A stretch of DNA of 64,000 bases, from positions 81,034,001 to 81,098,000 of the forward strand of contig OZ336872.1 in NCBI GenBank assembly GCA_965287045.1, in the 5' to 3' direction. This stretch comes from Carcharhinus amblyrhynchos (taxonomy: Eukaryota). The notes below the pieces were generated by a model, which saw only the letters and a program-made list of their open reading frames with translations, was not told the DNA's origin and did not search any database. Shown here piece by piece: positions 63,323 to 64,000 of this stretch. Positions within the stretch are counted from its first letter, which is position 1. The number at the start of each line of letters is the position of its first letter. The position numbers and the translations under genes are program-made.

Positions 63323-64000
63323 GTGTGTTTTCCATGTCGGTTGGTTGGTGTTATAGCTTTGCTGATTATATTCGATATTTTAAAACGTGCACCTTTTTGA
63401 GAGAATGCAAAGTTAATCTTAAAGAATCTTGACATCAATTGCTTTCAAAAGAAACATTTCCTATTTGCCTTTGTAAACTTTAATGACTTTTTTTAAGCAG
63501 TGCTCGGACTGAGCAGTACTGTTTTGTTTCACGCTTCCTGTCTCTGTCATTTTGTATTTATTTGAGCAAAAAGCATTTATTATTAAGATGTCCAGCAGGG
63601 CATAAATTAATTAGAATAATTAAATAAGATTTGGTTATATTTCCAGTATTAAGTTCAAATAAGTTATTTGTTTCTTTTGTCATCTATCAGGCCAGGCAAC
63701 TAATTTTTCACAACACAATTATTAAATGAAAAAATAATGTCAAAGTCATGTCTAGGTCATTCTTGAAATAAAACTTTTTTTTCACCCCTTCAAAAGAGGG
63801 AGATTGAGGGGGCAAGGTGACTAAAGTTTGGAAAAGAGTGCAAAACAATTTCAGAGAAACAATCAGGCTACATATTTTAAATTATTATAAAATCAGTAGA
63901 CATGGCCTGAACTCGCAACTCCTGTTGAGGTGTGCTGGTGTTACTTAAGTGTGCCTTGGCACTTGCTTATAAAATAAGAGATCTGGACTGCATGGAAAAG

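Overview
Eukaryotic genomic DNA, almost certainly from a shark (cartilaginous fish), judging by HE1/V-SINEs and HER1/CR1-type LINEs. The right half holds the first 15 coding exons of UGGT1 on the + strand (ATG 31317 in a CpG island, canonical GT-AG phases, 1556 nt or ~518 codons; the gene runs past the window end). The rest is transposon-dense: CR1, Rex/Babar, L1, L2 and Penelope retroelements, V-SINEs, solo LTRs, Harbinger/Tigger MITEs and a hAT transposase fossil. Most notable: (1) two young, diverged CR1 copies (11046-12933, ~14606-17245) share an unusual modular 3' UTR with a strong splice acceptor just after the ORF2 stop, then a promoter-disabled V-SINE body, then the CR1 tail hairpin; (2) a Penelope insertion in UGGT1 intron 5 with a perfect 77-bp inverted repeat, a 12-bp TSD and a near-intact minimal hammerhead ribozyme; (3) an ERSE-like/CCAAT cluster in intron 1 and a chain of minus-strand exon-like remnants upstream. 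Repeat-family names come from recalled motifs, not a database search, and most repeat boundaries are approximate.
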